The notes: generated by a model from the sequence alone, not told the origin. Counted from the stretch's first letter, positions 9,559 to 19,204 are shown. The stretch: DNA of 64,000 bases from an uncultured Nitrososphaerota archaeon (GCA_963718895.1 CAVRAG010000008.1:896001-960000); one strand, 5' to 3'. Made by a program: numbers and translations.

Positions 9559-10068
9559 CTAGCCCTTGAGGGTTATCGTACCTATCTGGGCGTACTGGCA
9601 TCCCGATGACGTGCTGTAGGCCCCCGCGCAGGACTGTCCGCCGCTGGCCGTCGTGTAGGCTATCCACAGGGACCCGTTGTAGGTCTGACTCATGACTGCG
9701 GGACCGGTCGCGTTGAGGTTGTGGACCGTCACGGACTGCCCCGACGAGAGCATGTTGCCGGAGAAGTCGCCCGGGTCCGCGGTGAAGTACGCGGCTGTGG
9801 GAGAGAGGTTCGGGTCGCCGGGCACGTACGCGACGGCTACGTTGTACCACGTGGAGCCGTAGGACTGGCTGACCTGCGGGATGGTGATGTCGCCCGTAGA
9901 GGCGTCGTAGGTGATGGCGTTGCCGCCTGCGCCGCAGTTGGTCCTGAGGTAGGGGATACAGGTGTCGGACGAGGCAGGCGCCAGGTAGATCGAGTAGACG
10001 GAGAGGCCGCCGTAGGCCACGATGGCGATGAGGACTATCGCCGCGACTATCTTGACGGTTCTCTTCAC
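9559..10068 (-). CDS. Membrane-anchored/secreted hypothetical protein
   Basis: N-terminal hydrophobic anchor, S/T/G-rich body, two Cys pairs. Confidence 0.75.
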   Translation of the reverse strand: MKRTVKIVAAIVLIAIVAYGGLSVYSIYLAPASSDTCIPYLRTNCGAGGNAITYDASTGDITIPQVSQSYGSTWYNVAVAYVPGDPNLSPTAAYFTADPGDFSGNMLSSGQSVTVHNLNATGPAVMSQTYNGSLWIAYTTASGGQSCAGAYSTSSGCQYAQIGTITLKG

Positions 10069-10077
10069 GTCGCTGAC

Positions 10078-11769
10078 TCAGGTTCCGGTGATGGGTTGGA
10101 TGTGGATCTCTTCGCCGTTCTCGCCGAGAGCACAGCCGCAGCCAGCCACGTGGCCGCCACGCCTCAGGGTCCCGCGGTAGAGACCGTCCTCGAGCTTGCG
10201 ACCGACCTTCTTCTCCCAGGCCTCGATGGGCATACCGTACTTCTGCTGGACCTTGTCCCTGTACCATTCAGGCAAAACATTAAATGAACAAAATGGTATA
10301 ATTCTCAGGTCCGGCGTGAGGTAGTGGATGTCGCAGCGCTGGAGACGCTCCTCGTCCTGGTTATATTTATCTTGAAAATGCATCATCCCCAGGAACATCG
10401 ACTTCAGGTGGAAGTCGCCTATGGCGGCGTAGTCGTGGCGTATCAGTGCGTTGGTTATCATCTTGGAGAACGAGAGCCCCTTGGGCTGCTTCTGCTTGTT
10501 GACGAACCTGTTTATCTGGGTGAGGACCTTCGCCGCAATCACGTACCTGTTCGTCCCGGAGTATATCTCGTCCGTCTTCTCCTCGAGGTACTCGACGAGC
10601 CCCTGGATGTCGACGAAGTTGGTCAGCGGGACGAGCTTCTTGGTCTCGGCGTCCTCGAAGACGTAGGTCCCGGCTCCGCAGGCGAAGTGTATCGAGAGCT
10701 CGTACTGCTCCTTCTTGGTGAACGCCTCGATGAACGACGTGAGCGGCGAGCACGACGGCACGGGGAACCAGCCCTCCTGTGTTATCTCGCCGTTGGTCTG
10801 CTCCTCTATCCTCTTGATGCAGTCCGGTATCGTTATGCGGTACTTCTCCCTCTCCTTCTTGGTCATGCGCCCCGTGAGCGAGACGGGCTGGAAGTTCACC
10901 GCGTGTACGGTGCCGAGGTTGCGGTGCCCAAAGTCGATTATGGAGCCGAGCTCGTGGTCGTTGATGCCCTTGATCACCGTCGGGACGAGCACCACGCCGA
11001 TGCCGGCCCTCTTGCACGCCTCTATCGCATAGGGCGCCTCCCAGTGGTTCTTGGGGTTCGTCTTGGGCGACGTGCCGTCGAAGGACATGTAGAGGTTGGA
11101 GACCCCGGCGACCTTGAGCCGCTGGGCCATGCCGGGGTCGAGCGCGAGGTTGATCCCGTTGGTGTTGAGCTGGATGTGGTCGACGCCCTCCTCCTTCATT
11201 ATCTGGATTATCTCGGGCAGGTCGTCCCTTATGGTGGGCTCGCCGCCGGTAATCTGGACCGAGTTCCCGGGGACCGGCCGCTCCGCCTTCAGGGTGCGGG
11301 CCATCTCGCGGACCTGGGCGAGGGTGGGCTCGTAGACGTAGGCGCCCTCGAGGCCCTTCTTGACGTAGAAGAAGCAGTACCAGCAGGTGAGGTCGCAGCG
11401 GTTCGTCACGATGATGTTCGAGAGCCCTGTGTGCGAGAGGTGGTTCGAGCAGAGCCCGCAGTTGGCGGGGCACGAGCAGACGTCCATGGGGACGTTCGCG
11501 GCGTGGGTGCCCTTGCCGTCCTTCCAGTACCTCGAGAACTTGGCGAACATCTCGTACGACCCGAAGTAGAGCTCCTCGGTCTCGCCGTGCTGGGGGCAGG
11601 TCTTGGTCATGAAGACCTTGCCTTCGCGCTCGAAGATTATCGCCGGCAGTATCTTGTTACAGTCCGGGCATATCGATTGAGTCTGTCTGATGAAGTTCCC
11701 TTTCGAGACCTCCCTCCTCAGTTCTAGGGAGATGTCTGCGATCTGAGCCATTGCATAGCCCTGGTGCAA
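10078..11769 (-). CDS. tes: Tetraether lipid synthase (MJ0619-family radical SAM)
   Basis: N-terminal CPDC...CPQHG, CPANCGLC, CDLTCWYC radical SAM motif, RCDIHY...IIPFC. Confidence 0.88.
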   Translation of the reverse strand: MHQGYAMAQIADISLELRREVSKGNFIRQTQSICPDCNKILPAIIFEREGKVFMTKTCPQHGETEELYFGSYEMFAKFSRYWKDGKGTHAANVPMDVCSCPANCGLCSNHLSHTGLSNIIVTNRCDLTCWYCFFYVKKGLEGAYVYEPTLAQVREMARTLKAERPVPGNSVQITGGEPTIRDDLPEIIQIMKEEGVDHIQLNTNGINLALDPGMAQRLKVAGVSNLYMSFDGTSPKTNPKNHWEAPYAIEACKRAGIGVVLVPTVIKGINDHELGSIIDFGHRNLGTVHAVNFQPVSLTGRMTKKEREKYRITIPDCIKRIEEQTNGEITQEGWFPVPSCSPLTSFIEAFTKKEQYELSIHFACGAGTYVFEDAETKKLVPLTNFVDIQGLVEYLEEKTDEIYSGTNRYVIAAKVLTQINRFVNKQKQPKGLSFSKMITNALIRHDYAAIGDFHLKSMFLGMMHFQDKYNQDEERLQRCDIHYLTPDLRIIPFCSFNVLPEWYRDKVQQKYGMPIEAWEKKVGRKLEDGLYRGTLRRGGHVAGCGCALGENGEEIHIQPITGT

Positions 11770-11830
11770 ACATACGTTATAAGCCTTTTAACTTCTCTGA
11801 GGGTAAATGGTGAAATGAGCGCGGGACGGT

Positions 11831-12017
11831 CCGGAAGACGATTCTTCTGTATCGCGTCCGCGGAATCGGGCGCATGGGTGAATCACGGGGGCGGCAGAGG
11901 ACGGCACGGGGCAGGACGAGCCCGGGCGGGGTCCAGCCATCCGCCCATCCCTCCATTAATTCAACCGCGGGTCGAACGGGCGAGCTCCGGGCTTTTGCGT
12001 GCGAACATGACCGGGCC
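11831..12017 (+). repeat. Dispersed intergenic repeat, copy 1
   Basis: CCGGAAGACGATT..TTCTG.ATCGC...GCGGAATCGGG...GGTGAATCACG and TTTGCGTGCG.ACA.GACCGGGCC shared with 13942..14028. Confidence 0.8.
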
Positions 12018-12174
12018 CCGTGGCCGCTTGGTCGTGCGACGGCGCGTCGAGCACCCACTGCCGACGGAAAGGTCGGCGCACGCAAGCGAGGTGGAGGGAG
12101 CAGGGACCGTTCGCTCCCGGACCTCCCCTCCTTCCGGCATCGACGTACTGCTCGAGAGGACTCCAGTCAGCTGG

Positions 12175-12615
12175 TCAGTTCGGAGCCGATGCAACATCGG
12201 TCGAGGAGAGCGCGTCCGCGACCTCTTTCCGCCCGACCTCCTTGACCTTGTCGAAGTGCCTGTCTGCGGAGACGATCGCATCGGCGCCCCCGTTCATCGC
12301 CGAGGCGGCGTGGATCGAATCCCTCGGGTCGAGGTGGTACCTCCTCATCACGGAGAGGGCCTCCGCGAGCAGGTCCCCGTCGACGGCGATGAGCTCCAAC
12401 CCCGGCATGTTGAGAAACGCCTCGCCGGCCAGCACCGACGCCTCAGCGGTCCTGTTCTTCTTCACTATCCACACGATTTCGTCGAAGGTGAGGGCCGAAG
12501 AGGCGGCTCTTACCCGGCCGGATTGGACGCGCCTCAGCAGCGAGCGCGCGTCTTCCCCCTCCTTCCCGAGGTCGAGGTTCGCCGAGATGAAAACGTTGGC
12601 GTCCAGGTAGATCAT
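12175..12615 (-). CDS. vapC: VapC PIN-domain toxin
   Basis: IYLDANVF...DSIHAASA...SADRHFD. Confidence 0.9.
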   Translation of the reverse strand: MIYLDANVFISANLDLGKEGEDARSLLRRVQSGRVRAASSALTFDEIVWIVKKNRTAEASVLAGEAFLNMPGLELIAVDGDLLAEALSVMRRYHLDPRDSIHAASAMNGGADAIVSADRHFDKVKEVGRKEVADALSSTDVASAPN

Positions 12616-12878
12616 CCTCGCTTCACCGCCTCGTTCCTCTCTTCCAGTTCTTCCTCGTAGGCGTGGACCGATACCCTCCCCGTGGACCTGGCGCCGCCGC
12701 TGCGTGCGATCTTCTCGAAGACCGCGACCGCGTCCGTCTCCTGCTTCTCGATGATCGCACGGTTGTCCTCGAGTCTGAACACGACCTTCGAGCCGGGATG
12801 GATGTTCAGCGCCTTCCTCATGACCCGAGGGATGACCACCTGCCCCTTGGGCCCGACCTTCATCTCCTCTTCAATCAT
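12612..12878 (-). CDS. vapB: AbrB-type VapB antitoxin
   Basis: KVGPKGQVVIPRVMRKALNIHPG; 4-bp overlap with vapC. Confidence 0.9.
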   Translation of the reverse strand: MIEEEMKVGPKGQVVIPRVMRKALNIHPGSKVVFRLEDNRAIIEKQETDAVAVFEKIARSGGARSTGRVSVHAYEEELEERNEAVKRG

Positions 12879-12890
12879 GTATGATTCGAG

Positions 12891-12908
12891 GTTATACTCT
12901 TGTATAAC
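12891..12908. promoter_or_regulatory. vapBC autoregulatory palindrome
   Basis: GTTATAC-TCTT-GTATAAC just upstream of vapB. Confidence 0.6.
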
Positions 12909-12946
12909 TGTGATTTATACTCATCGTCCTGGAGTGACAAGTGACC

Positions 12947-13124
12947 GGTGACGGGGTCCCCTCCGAGAACTTCCCCTCGCCGGACGGCCGCTGTCCCGTG
13001 GTAGTCGCCAGTTGGGACGCCCACGCGACCATGTTCCTGGTGGAGCTCCCAAGAAGAACGGCTCGAACTGTGCCTGAACGCGCTTCATCCGGAGCCCCTT
13101 CTCTCGTGCTTCTCTCAGGGTGAA
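12947..13124 (+). pseudogene. Remnant 3' end of a beta-propeller gene (paralog of 24556..24743)
   Basis: GDGVPSENFPSPDGR...SWDAHATMFLVEL vs GDGVPSENFLSPDGH...NWDSRATMFFVEL; similarity extends past the stop. Confidence 0.85.
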
Positions 13125-13290
13125 GGATGAATCGGGCGCGGGGCGCGCCAGCGAGGCAGGTCCCGACCGGTCCTGGCGGCCGAATCATCCTCTCCTGTGA
13201 TGATGGTGAATTGGGCGTGGAGGGGAAGCCTCGGCGCTTGAAACAGGGGCCAGGCGTGGCGCTTATATCTTACTGTAAGGAAGTAGTGCT

Positions 13291-13563
13291 ATGAAGCAGT
13301 ACCAGGTGACGCGTAAGCTTCAGGTCACCATCCCGAAGAAGCTGGCAGACAAGACGGGGATAAGACCGGGCGACTCGGTCGTCTTCGAGGAGGCCGATGG
13401 GGCGATAACGCTGAGGAGGGCAGGGCGCGGCGAGGTAGACAGGCGCGCCCTGATATCCGCGATCGAAGGCATGGCGGGCGACATGGAGAAGGTCGGGCCG
13501 AAGGTGAAAGAAGCGGAGCGGGGACTGGTTGAAGGTCTTTCTCGACACGTCTCTCCTCAGTGA
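13291..13563 (+). CDS. vapB: AbrB-type antitoxin
   Basis: QVTRKLQVTIPKKLADKTGIRPGD; palindrome CTTACTGTAAG at 13269..13279. Confidence 0.85.
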   Translation: MKQYQVTRKLQVTIPKKLADKTGIRPGDSVVFEEADGAITLRRAGRGEVDRRALISAIEGMAGDMEKVGPKVKEAERGLVEGLSRHVSPQ

Positions 13564-13924
13564 CGCGGGGCTGGCCCGGTTTGCGAAGGAGATCGCAGAC
13601 GGAGTCGAATCAGGCAGCACCTTCTGCGTGTCTGCGGTCACGCACTTCCAGCTGCAGTGGGGGTACTCGATGGCTGGGATGTCCCAGGCAAAGTACGATG
13701 CATTCCTCGACGCGACCAGGACCGAGGTGGTGCCGCTCACCAAGACAGACGCGGAAGAGGCTGCTTCGATGAGGCCGGGCAGGGATGACATCCCGGACGC
13801 CCTGATCGCTGCTACCGCGAAGAGGTATGACGCGAGCGTATGGACCCTCGACAGGGACTTCCTGAGGTTGCTTCCAAAGGCGCGCGTCCGCCTGCTGAGA
13901 AAATCCCCGGACGTTGAAGGGTGA
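13529..13924 (+). CDS. vapC: VapC PIN-domain toxin
   Basis: VFLDTS...DALIAATA...WTLDRDF. Confidence 0.88.
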   Translation: MKVFLDTSLLSDAGLARFAKEIADGVESGSTFCVSAVTHFQLQWGYSMAGMSQAKYDAFLDATRTEVVPLTKTDAEEAASMRPGRDDIPDALIAATAKRYDASVWTLDRDFLRLLPKARVRLLRKSPDVEG

Positions 13925-13941
13925 ATCGAGCGTGAAACCAC

Positions 13942-14028
13942 CCGGAAGACGATTGTTCTGCATCGCTGTTGCGGAATCGGGGTCGCACCGGTGAATCACG
14001 AGCATTTGCGTGCGGACAGGACCGGGCC
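13942..14028 (+). repeat. Dispersed intergenic repeat, copy 2
   Basis: Matches 11831..12017 but lacks its ~100-bp internal segment. Confidence 0.8.
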
Positions 14029-14172
14029 TCTTAGCCTGCCGCCCGCCGATTCCGGGGTCACGAGACTGCCGTCGCTCACGGACAAGGGGAAGAACGCGAT
14101 CAGGCCGCGTCCCGCGTGAGTCCCAGGGGCGTGTTGCTTATCTAGGGCCGGGGGGGGCGATTCTTCGTGAGA

Positions 14173-14394
14173 ATGAAGACCAAAGGGGGACGTTCCTTCA
14201 CCGTTGCCATCGAGAAGGGAGAGGTCGGATACTACGTCGCCAGCGTGGTCGAACTTCCCGGATGTCATACCTAGGCCAGGACCCTGAAGGAGCTGGACGC
14301 ACGGGTGAAGGAGGCAATCGAGCTCAACCTCGAAGCAGGGGGCGGTGACCTCAAGATCCCTGAGCTCGTCGCTGTGAAGAAGGTCCGTGTTTGA
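14173..14394 (+). pseudogene. hicB: HicB antitoxin with in-frame TAG at 14272
   Basis: YYVASVVELPGCHT*ARTLKELDARVKEAIELNLE. Confidence 0.85.
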
Positions 14395-14540
14395 GCGGTC
14401 GCGGCAAGAGGAACAGCGGGCTGCGGGCACAGAGGTCGAGAGGCGTGGTCAGGGCGCTCGTCAGACTCGGGTTCTCGACAAGGCACACAGACGGGTCGCA
14501 CGTCTTCCTGAAGCAGCCTCATCGACGAGGCCTAGGACGA
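14391..14540 (+). pseudogene. hicA: HicA toxin, truncated
   Basis: VVRALVRLGFSTRHTDGSHVFLK, then similarity is lost. Confidence 0.75.
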
Positions 14541-14770
14541 CCCTCGGAAATAGGACGGGGCCGGCCCAAGCCATGGCGAGACCCGACGGCGAAAGGTGTA
14601 TCGAGCGCGGGACGGCTGTGTTGCATCTCCGGGAGATTTGAAGCGGCTTTGCGTGGGGTGATGCCTCGTAGAACGAGTTAAGCAGGGCGCTCAGTCTCAG
14701 CAGAGAGGCACCGGGTCCTTCTCCGTCTGGAATCGACGGTTTGGCTCTTATATCAAGGTCGAACGACTCG

Positions 14771-15148
14771 ATGGTCATGAGCCCAAACAAGAAAGTCGTA
14801 GAGACGTACATAGATGGCCTAGGTAGGATGGACCGTGCGGCGCTGCTCTCCTGCCTGGCGGAGGACGTAGAGAGGGTGGAGTGGGCCGAAGGATTCCCCG
14901 GGTCGGGAATCCCGGTGCGAGGAAGGACCGCCGTCATTCAGAACCTGGATCGCCCCGCGGACGTGGCCCTCCAAATCGAGATCGCGAGGATGACGGAGGA
15001 GAACGACGTCGTGGTCGCTGAGGGCACGGCTCGCGTCACCAAGAAAGGGAGCGCCCCCGTGACCGTCAGGACTCTGAGCGTCTTCGAGTTCGAGGGTGGC
15101 AGGATGAAGCGCCTTGACTCGTTCACGGCTACGGTAAACTCCCCTTAG
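14771..15148 (+). CDS. SnoaL/NTF2-like protein
   Basis: NKKVVETYIDGL...LAEDV...VVVAEG...VFEFEGGRM. Confidence 0.85.
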   Translation: MVMSPNKKVVETYIDGLGRMDRAALLSCLAEDVERVEWAEGFPGSGIPVRGRTAVIQNLDRPADVALQIEIARMTEENDVVVAEGTARVTKKGSAPVTVRTLSVFEFEGGRMKRLDSFTATVNSP

Positions 15149-15374
15149 ATGGGCACTGGTGGGGATCCTTTCACACCCCATCCGTCATGCAACACGCCTC
15201 AAGACAACCCGAAGACGCGCCAGTGGCCATCGGACTCGCCGGTGAGCCGCAACGCCGGATTTTTGTCCCGTGAATCGAGTCTGGACTGCGCGCTTCGCGT
15301 GGGTAGGCGACGATGCGGGCGTCGAAACGGCTTCGGCTCTCCTCCGGCAAGTGGCGAATTGAGGATACGGGGGC

Positions 15375-16157
15375 TCACGAAGCCTGTGCTGCTACGCTTT
15401 CCCGGGATGAGGGACCTACGTCCCGCTCCACCCTCCCCAGCGGGGTCAGAGACATCACCGAGAGGTAGAGGAAGATGGTCGCGCCGAGGGTGAGGAAGTC
15501 ACCCAGGATCGTCACGGGGTCGGTCGAGCTGATGGAGGAGGTGACCAGCGAGAGCACGAACAGCAAGAGTGCCAGGCTGAGCAGCCGGATGTTCCTGTTC
15601 AGCGTCTTGTCTGGCGTCCTTCGTGAGCCGACAGCGGCCGCGACGCCCCCGAGGCCCAGGACCGCCACGGCGACGACGATCAGCAGATCGAACGCGACCA
15701 TGAGCAGGAACGGCCCTCCTGGGGAAGAGCTTCCCGGCAGCAGGGAAAGAGAGGTGAGTACAGCGCAGCCCTCGAGGAAGACTAGGGTTGCCGCCAGAGC
15801 GATGCCTGCCGGTTTCCTGACCTGCACCCAGCCGAGGACGTTCCTGTGGAAGAAGTCCGAACTAATCGACACGAGCACGGTCCTGTCGATGAAGGCAAAG
15901 GACACTCCGATGATGGCCAAGAACGGGAGAACGCCGACCGAAATCCCCAGCAGGTCGTTGGACTGGGGGATGAGGTTCTCCGAGAGAGTAGCGACGACCG
16001 CGGTCATCAGGAAGATCGACCAGAGGGCTCTGCTGCGGTAGGTGGAATCAACGAACCCCCTTCTCATCTCGAGCGCACGATAGATCCCGAGGAGGAGGAT
16101 CGCCAGCTGTGCCAGGTTGGTGACGTCTGTGATCAGGTAGGTCGGGTCACCTGACAT
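15375..16157 (-). CDS. 7-TM membrane protein, receptor-like (copy A)
   Basis: Seven hydrophobic segments; paralog of 17111..17875; overlaps upstream ATPase gene. Confidence 0.8.
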   Translation of the reverse strand: MSGDPTYLITDVTNLAQLAILLLGIYRALEMRRGFVDSTYRSRALWSIFLMTAVVATLSENLIPQSNDLLGISVGVLPFLAIIGVSFAFIDRTVLVSISSDFFHRNVLGWVQVRKPAGIALAATLVFLEGCAVLTSLSLLPGSSSPGGPFLLMVAFDLLIVVAVAVLGLGGVAAAVGSRRTPDKTLNRNIRLLSLALLLFVLSLVTSSISSTDPVTILGDFLTLGATIFLYLSVMSLTPLGRVERDVGPSSRESVAAQAS

Positions 16158-16815
16158 GTGGCAGGACCTCCATCCCTGTGTTCGAGACCGAGAAGCGGAA
16201 GTATCCGTGGAGCGGCGGAAGGCCTAGCATCTTCCTCACGCGGAAGAGGGGGGTTATGGCTAGCCCCTCTTCGTAGAGCCTCATCTCTATGACGCCGTCG
16301 AAGAGCTGTTCCATCGTCGTGAGCACGTTCTGGGGGTGCATACCCTCCTCGGCGAGCGCGAGCAAGACCGAGTCCTGCCGCTTCAGGTCGGCCAGGAGCT
16401 GGGACCAGTAGCCGTACATCGATTCTAGCGGGTTCAGCACTAGAAGCGGCGAGAGGACGTCGGTTGCCACCCTGACCCTCCTCCCCTTGTTCCTGTGGAC
16501 GGCCTCCTTGATGTTGTACGAGATGGAGGTAGAGTCGCGGAGGTCGCACTTGACGGCGGAGCCGGAGCTCGCAATCCACTCGGGGACTCTGTCGCTGCCT
16601 ACCCCGACCCCTTTCATGTCCTTCATGACGTCAGAAGCCGGGCGATGGGTGGCGTAGAGGCAGTAGTCACCCTGAACCAGACCTGAACGAATGAACCAGT
16701 AGCCCAGCGCCTCCTTGCCGATACCAGGCGGGCCGACGACCAGTATGGCTGATCTTTCAGGGTACCCATCGTTGCCAAGGAGGTTGTCGAGGGATGGGAC
16801 ACCCGTGGAAACCAA
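16147..16815 (-). CDS. KaiC/RAD55-like ATPase with degenerate active site (copy A)
   Basis: STGVPSLD.LLG.G, GPPGIGKE, FDGVIEM, RKML. Confidence 0.88.
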   Translation of the reverse strand: MVSTGVPSLDNLLGNDGYPERSAILVVGPPGIGKEALGYWFIRSGLVQGDYCLYATHRPASDVMKDMKGVGVGSDRVPEWIASSGSAVKCDLRDSTSISYNIKEAVHRNKGRRVRVATDVLSPLLVLNPLESMYGYWSQLLADLKRQDSVLLALAEEGMHPQNVLTTMEQLFDGVIEMRLYEEGLAITPLFRVRKMLGLPPLHGYFRFSVSNTGMEVLPHVR

Positions 16816-17110
16816 GCGATACTAGGAGGAGAGTCAGCGCCAGAGATAAGTGTATCCAGCGCGCGTGACCGACGCCGACAAGTCGAGTCCTTAGTTTCCA
16901 GTGCGGGGCCATCGGTGACCTTGGAATCTGAACTTGTAGTTCAGGTTACGCCCGGGGCGCCTTCCATCATCTGGGAACGAAATCTGGCGTGAAGGATTGG
17001 GATTTGAACCGTGCCCCACGCGGCCGAATCTCCGATCGGCCCAAGGACAGTCCTTGGGACTTGGACGTGTCCATTCTCGCGGCAGGGAGACCCGGAAAAA
17101 GGCGTGCCGC

Positions 17111-17875
17111 TCACGGATGAACTGGCTGTGTCATGCCGCTCTCGCCTGGCTTCGAGGGGACGCCCACCTCCTTCTCGACGCGGCCCACCGGAGATAGCGC
17201 CATGACCGCCTGATAGAGGAAGTAGGCGGCCGCAGGGACGAAGAAGTCAGAGATGAGATTCCCCAGGTCCGCCACGGTCACGCTGAATGCTTGGAACGGA
17301 ATCCAAACGGTAAAGAAGAGGACCATGCAGATGATCGCCAGACCGAGCATCCTGACGAACCTTCTCATCGACCTCTCCGGAGTTCTCCGAGCTCCGACGA
17401 CCAGAGCCGCTGCCGAGTATGAAAACACTGATATTATCACGGCGAACCAGAGAACCACCCCTACGCCGGAGAGGATGGCATTCGAGGATTCGAGTAAGGC
17501 GAAGGCCCCCGCCGTCGAAATTGCGAACACCAGGACGTACAGGGGCTTCCTGAGACGCTGCCACCCCAGCGGGCTCCTGTGAAAGAAGTCCATTTCCTGA
17601 GTAACCCCGATGCTGCTGTCAACGAAGGCGAGAAGGATCAGAACTATCACAAGAAACGAGAGCGTACTCAATGGGTTTGAAGCGGGCAGGTCACTCGCAA
17701 GAGTGAAGAGAATGAGAGTGATCATCGTGCCGCCGGCCCAGAAAGCCCGATTCCTGTAAACCCCCCTGACGAGGACCCTTCCTAACGTGAACGCCCTGTA
17801 CGTCGCGAAGAGGAAGATGCCTAAGGCCGCAAGGGCGACCGGCGTCTGCGCCGCATTGAAGATGTCACTTAACAT
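17111..17875 (-). CDS. 7-TM membrane protein, receptor-like (copy B)
   Basis: Seven hydrophobic segments; shared loops YR.RA.W, DFFHR..LGW, RRTP, GRVE. Confidence 0.8.
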   Translation of the reverse strand: MLSDIFNAAQTPVALAALGIFLFATYRAFTLGRVLVRGVYRNRAFWAGGTMITLILFTLASDLPASNPLSTLSFLVIVLILLAFVDSSIGVTQEMDFFHRSPLGWQRLRKPLYVLVFAISTAGAFALLESSNAILSGVGVVLWFAVIISVFSYSAAALVVGARRTPERSMRRFVRMLGLAIICMVLFFTVWIPFQAFSVTVADLGNLISDFFVPAAAYFLYQAVMALSPVGRVEKEVGVPSKPGESGMTQPVHP

Positions 17876-18533
17876 GGGGGGTGACCTCCATCCCTGTGCT
17901 GGAAACCGAGAAGCGGAAGTATCCGTGAAGCGGTGGCAAACCGAGCATCTTCCTCACGCGGAAGAGCGGTGTGATCGCGAGGCCCTCCTCGTAGAGCCGC
18001 ATCTCGATGACCCCGTCGAAGAGTTGCTCCATGGTGGTCAAGACGTTCGGGGGGTGCATCCCCTCCTCGGCAAGGGCGAAAGTCACGGAGTCCTGTTGCT
18101 TCAGGTCCGAGAGTAGCTGAGACCAGTATCCGTACATGGATTCAAGAGGATTGAGGACGAGCAGTGGAGAGAGCACGTCGGTCGCGACCCTGATCCTTCT
18201 CTGCTTGTTCCTGTGGACGGCCTCCTTCACGTTGAAGGAGATCGCTGTGGAGTCGCGGAGGTCGCACTTGACCGGCGAGCCGGAGCTCGCCATCCACTCA
18301 GGGACGCGGTCGGCTCCGATTCCCACGCCCTTCATGTCTCTCAGCACGTCGGAGACCGGACGGTGGGTGGCGTAGAGGCAGAAGTCGCCCTGAATCAGAC
18401 CGGAGCGGACGAACCAATACCCGAGGGCTTCCTTGCCTATTCCCGGTGGCCCGACGACCAAGATCGCAGACCTGTCCGGGTACCCATCACCGCCGAGGAG
18501 GGCATCGAGCGATGCCACGCCGGTGGAGACCAT
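17865..18533 (-). CDS. KaiC/RAD55-like ATPase with degenerate active site (copy B)
   Basis: 195/222 aa identical to copy A by manual alignment. Confidence 0.88.
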   Translation of the reverse strand: MVSTGVASLDALLGGDGYPDRSAILVVGPPGIGKEALGYWFVRSGLIQGDFCLYATHRPVSDVLRDMKGVGIGADRVPEWMASSGSPVKCDLRDSTAISFNVKEAVHRNKQRRIRVATDVLSPLLVLNPLESMYGYWSQLLSDLKQQDSVTFALAEEGMHPPNVLTTMEQLFDGVIEMRLYEEGLAITPLFRVRKMLGLPPLHGYFRFSVSSTGMEVTPHVK

Positions 18534-18823
18534 ACGATGCCGTGGTTACTAGGAACGCAGGAGATAAGAGTATCTCGACGCTGTCACGGCAACAACGGGC
18601 TTGTCGCTTTGCGATAATGGCAGTGCGGCCATCCTGCCCGCAATACACGACTACCCCTGGCCGGCCCTTTGTCCGCCACGGCGAGCGAACCCCATTCCCC
18701 GACGACCGCTTCCATCATCGTCATCCTCCTTTCGTCTGGCGCCCCCAAGCCATCGGTCGGCGCGCTGCCGGCGCAAACCTGGCAATTCGGACTTCGAAGG
18801 GGTCCCCCTCCCTTGTTGTCCAG

Positions 18824-19204
18824 TCAGTTGTCAGATGGACCGGGTCCAAGCAAACCACCCCGGAGGCCGTGATAGACATTGTGGGCCGAGACCACTCCGA
18901 CCAGGGCTACGACGAGCTCGGCGATTCCAACCACATCCCCGCCGAACGGGATCGTGTCGCGAGTCGACAGCAGCTCCACCAGGAAGACGATGATTGGTAT
19001 CCAGAAGATTATGCCGGCGAGGAGCGGACCGAGCTTGAATCTTGCACGCAGTAAGAGAATCGTAGCGATCAGACCCACAAAGAAGATGGGCTGCGCCTCG
19101 GACTGGAAGGCAGGGTCGAAACCGAGCCCCTCTATCACCCCGAGCGCATCCAGGATCGCTGCGCACGCGATGCAAATCCACAGGACCTTCAAGCTCACGG
19201 CCAT
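18824..19204 (-). CDS. Small 4-TM membrane protein
   Basis: Four hydrophobic segments. Confidence 0.65.
   Translation of the reverse strand: MAVSLKVLWICIACAAILDALGVIEGLGFDPAFQSEAQPIFFVGLIATILLLRARFKLGPLLAGIIFWIPIIVFLVELLSTRDTIPFGGDVVGIAELVVALVGVVSAHNVYHGLRGGLLGPGPSDN

Noticed and set aside
9047-10267. 406-aa ORF as one gene
   Set aside because: The N-terminal two thirds are an alternate-frame shadow of tes and 9559..10068; only 9047..9457 looks like protein
10324-11727. Long antisense and alternate-frame ORFs over tes (and similar ones over other genes)
   Set aside because: Typical high-GC shadow ORFs without motifs
10078-11769. Annotation as methanopterin methyltransferase
   Set aside because: The MJ0619 family was reassigned as tetraether synthase, and there is no methanopterin context here
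14272-14274. TAG read-through (pyrrolysine) in hicB
   Set aside because: A simple CAG>TAG change at a conserved Gln explains it; the partner hicA is also broken and no pyl genes are present
15375-17875. 7TM proteins as microbial rhodopsins
   Set aside because: No retinal-binding Lys in the seventh helix
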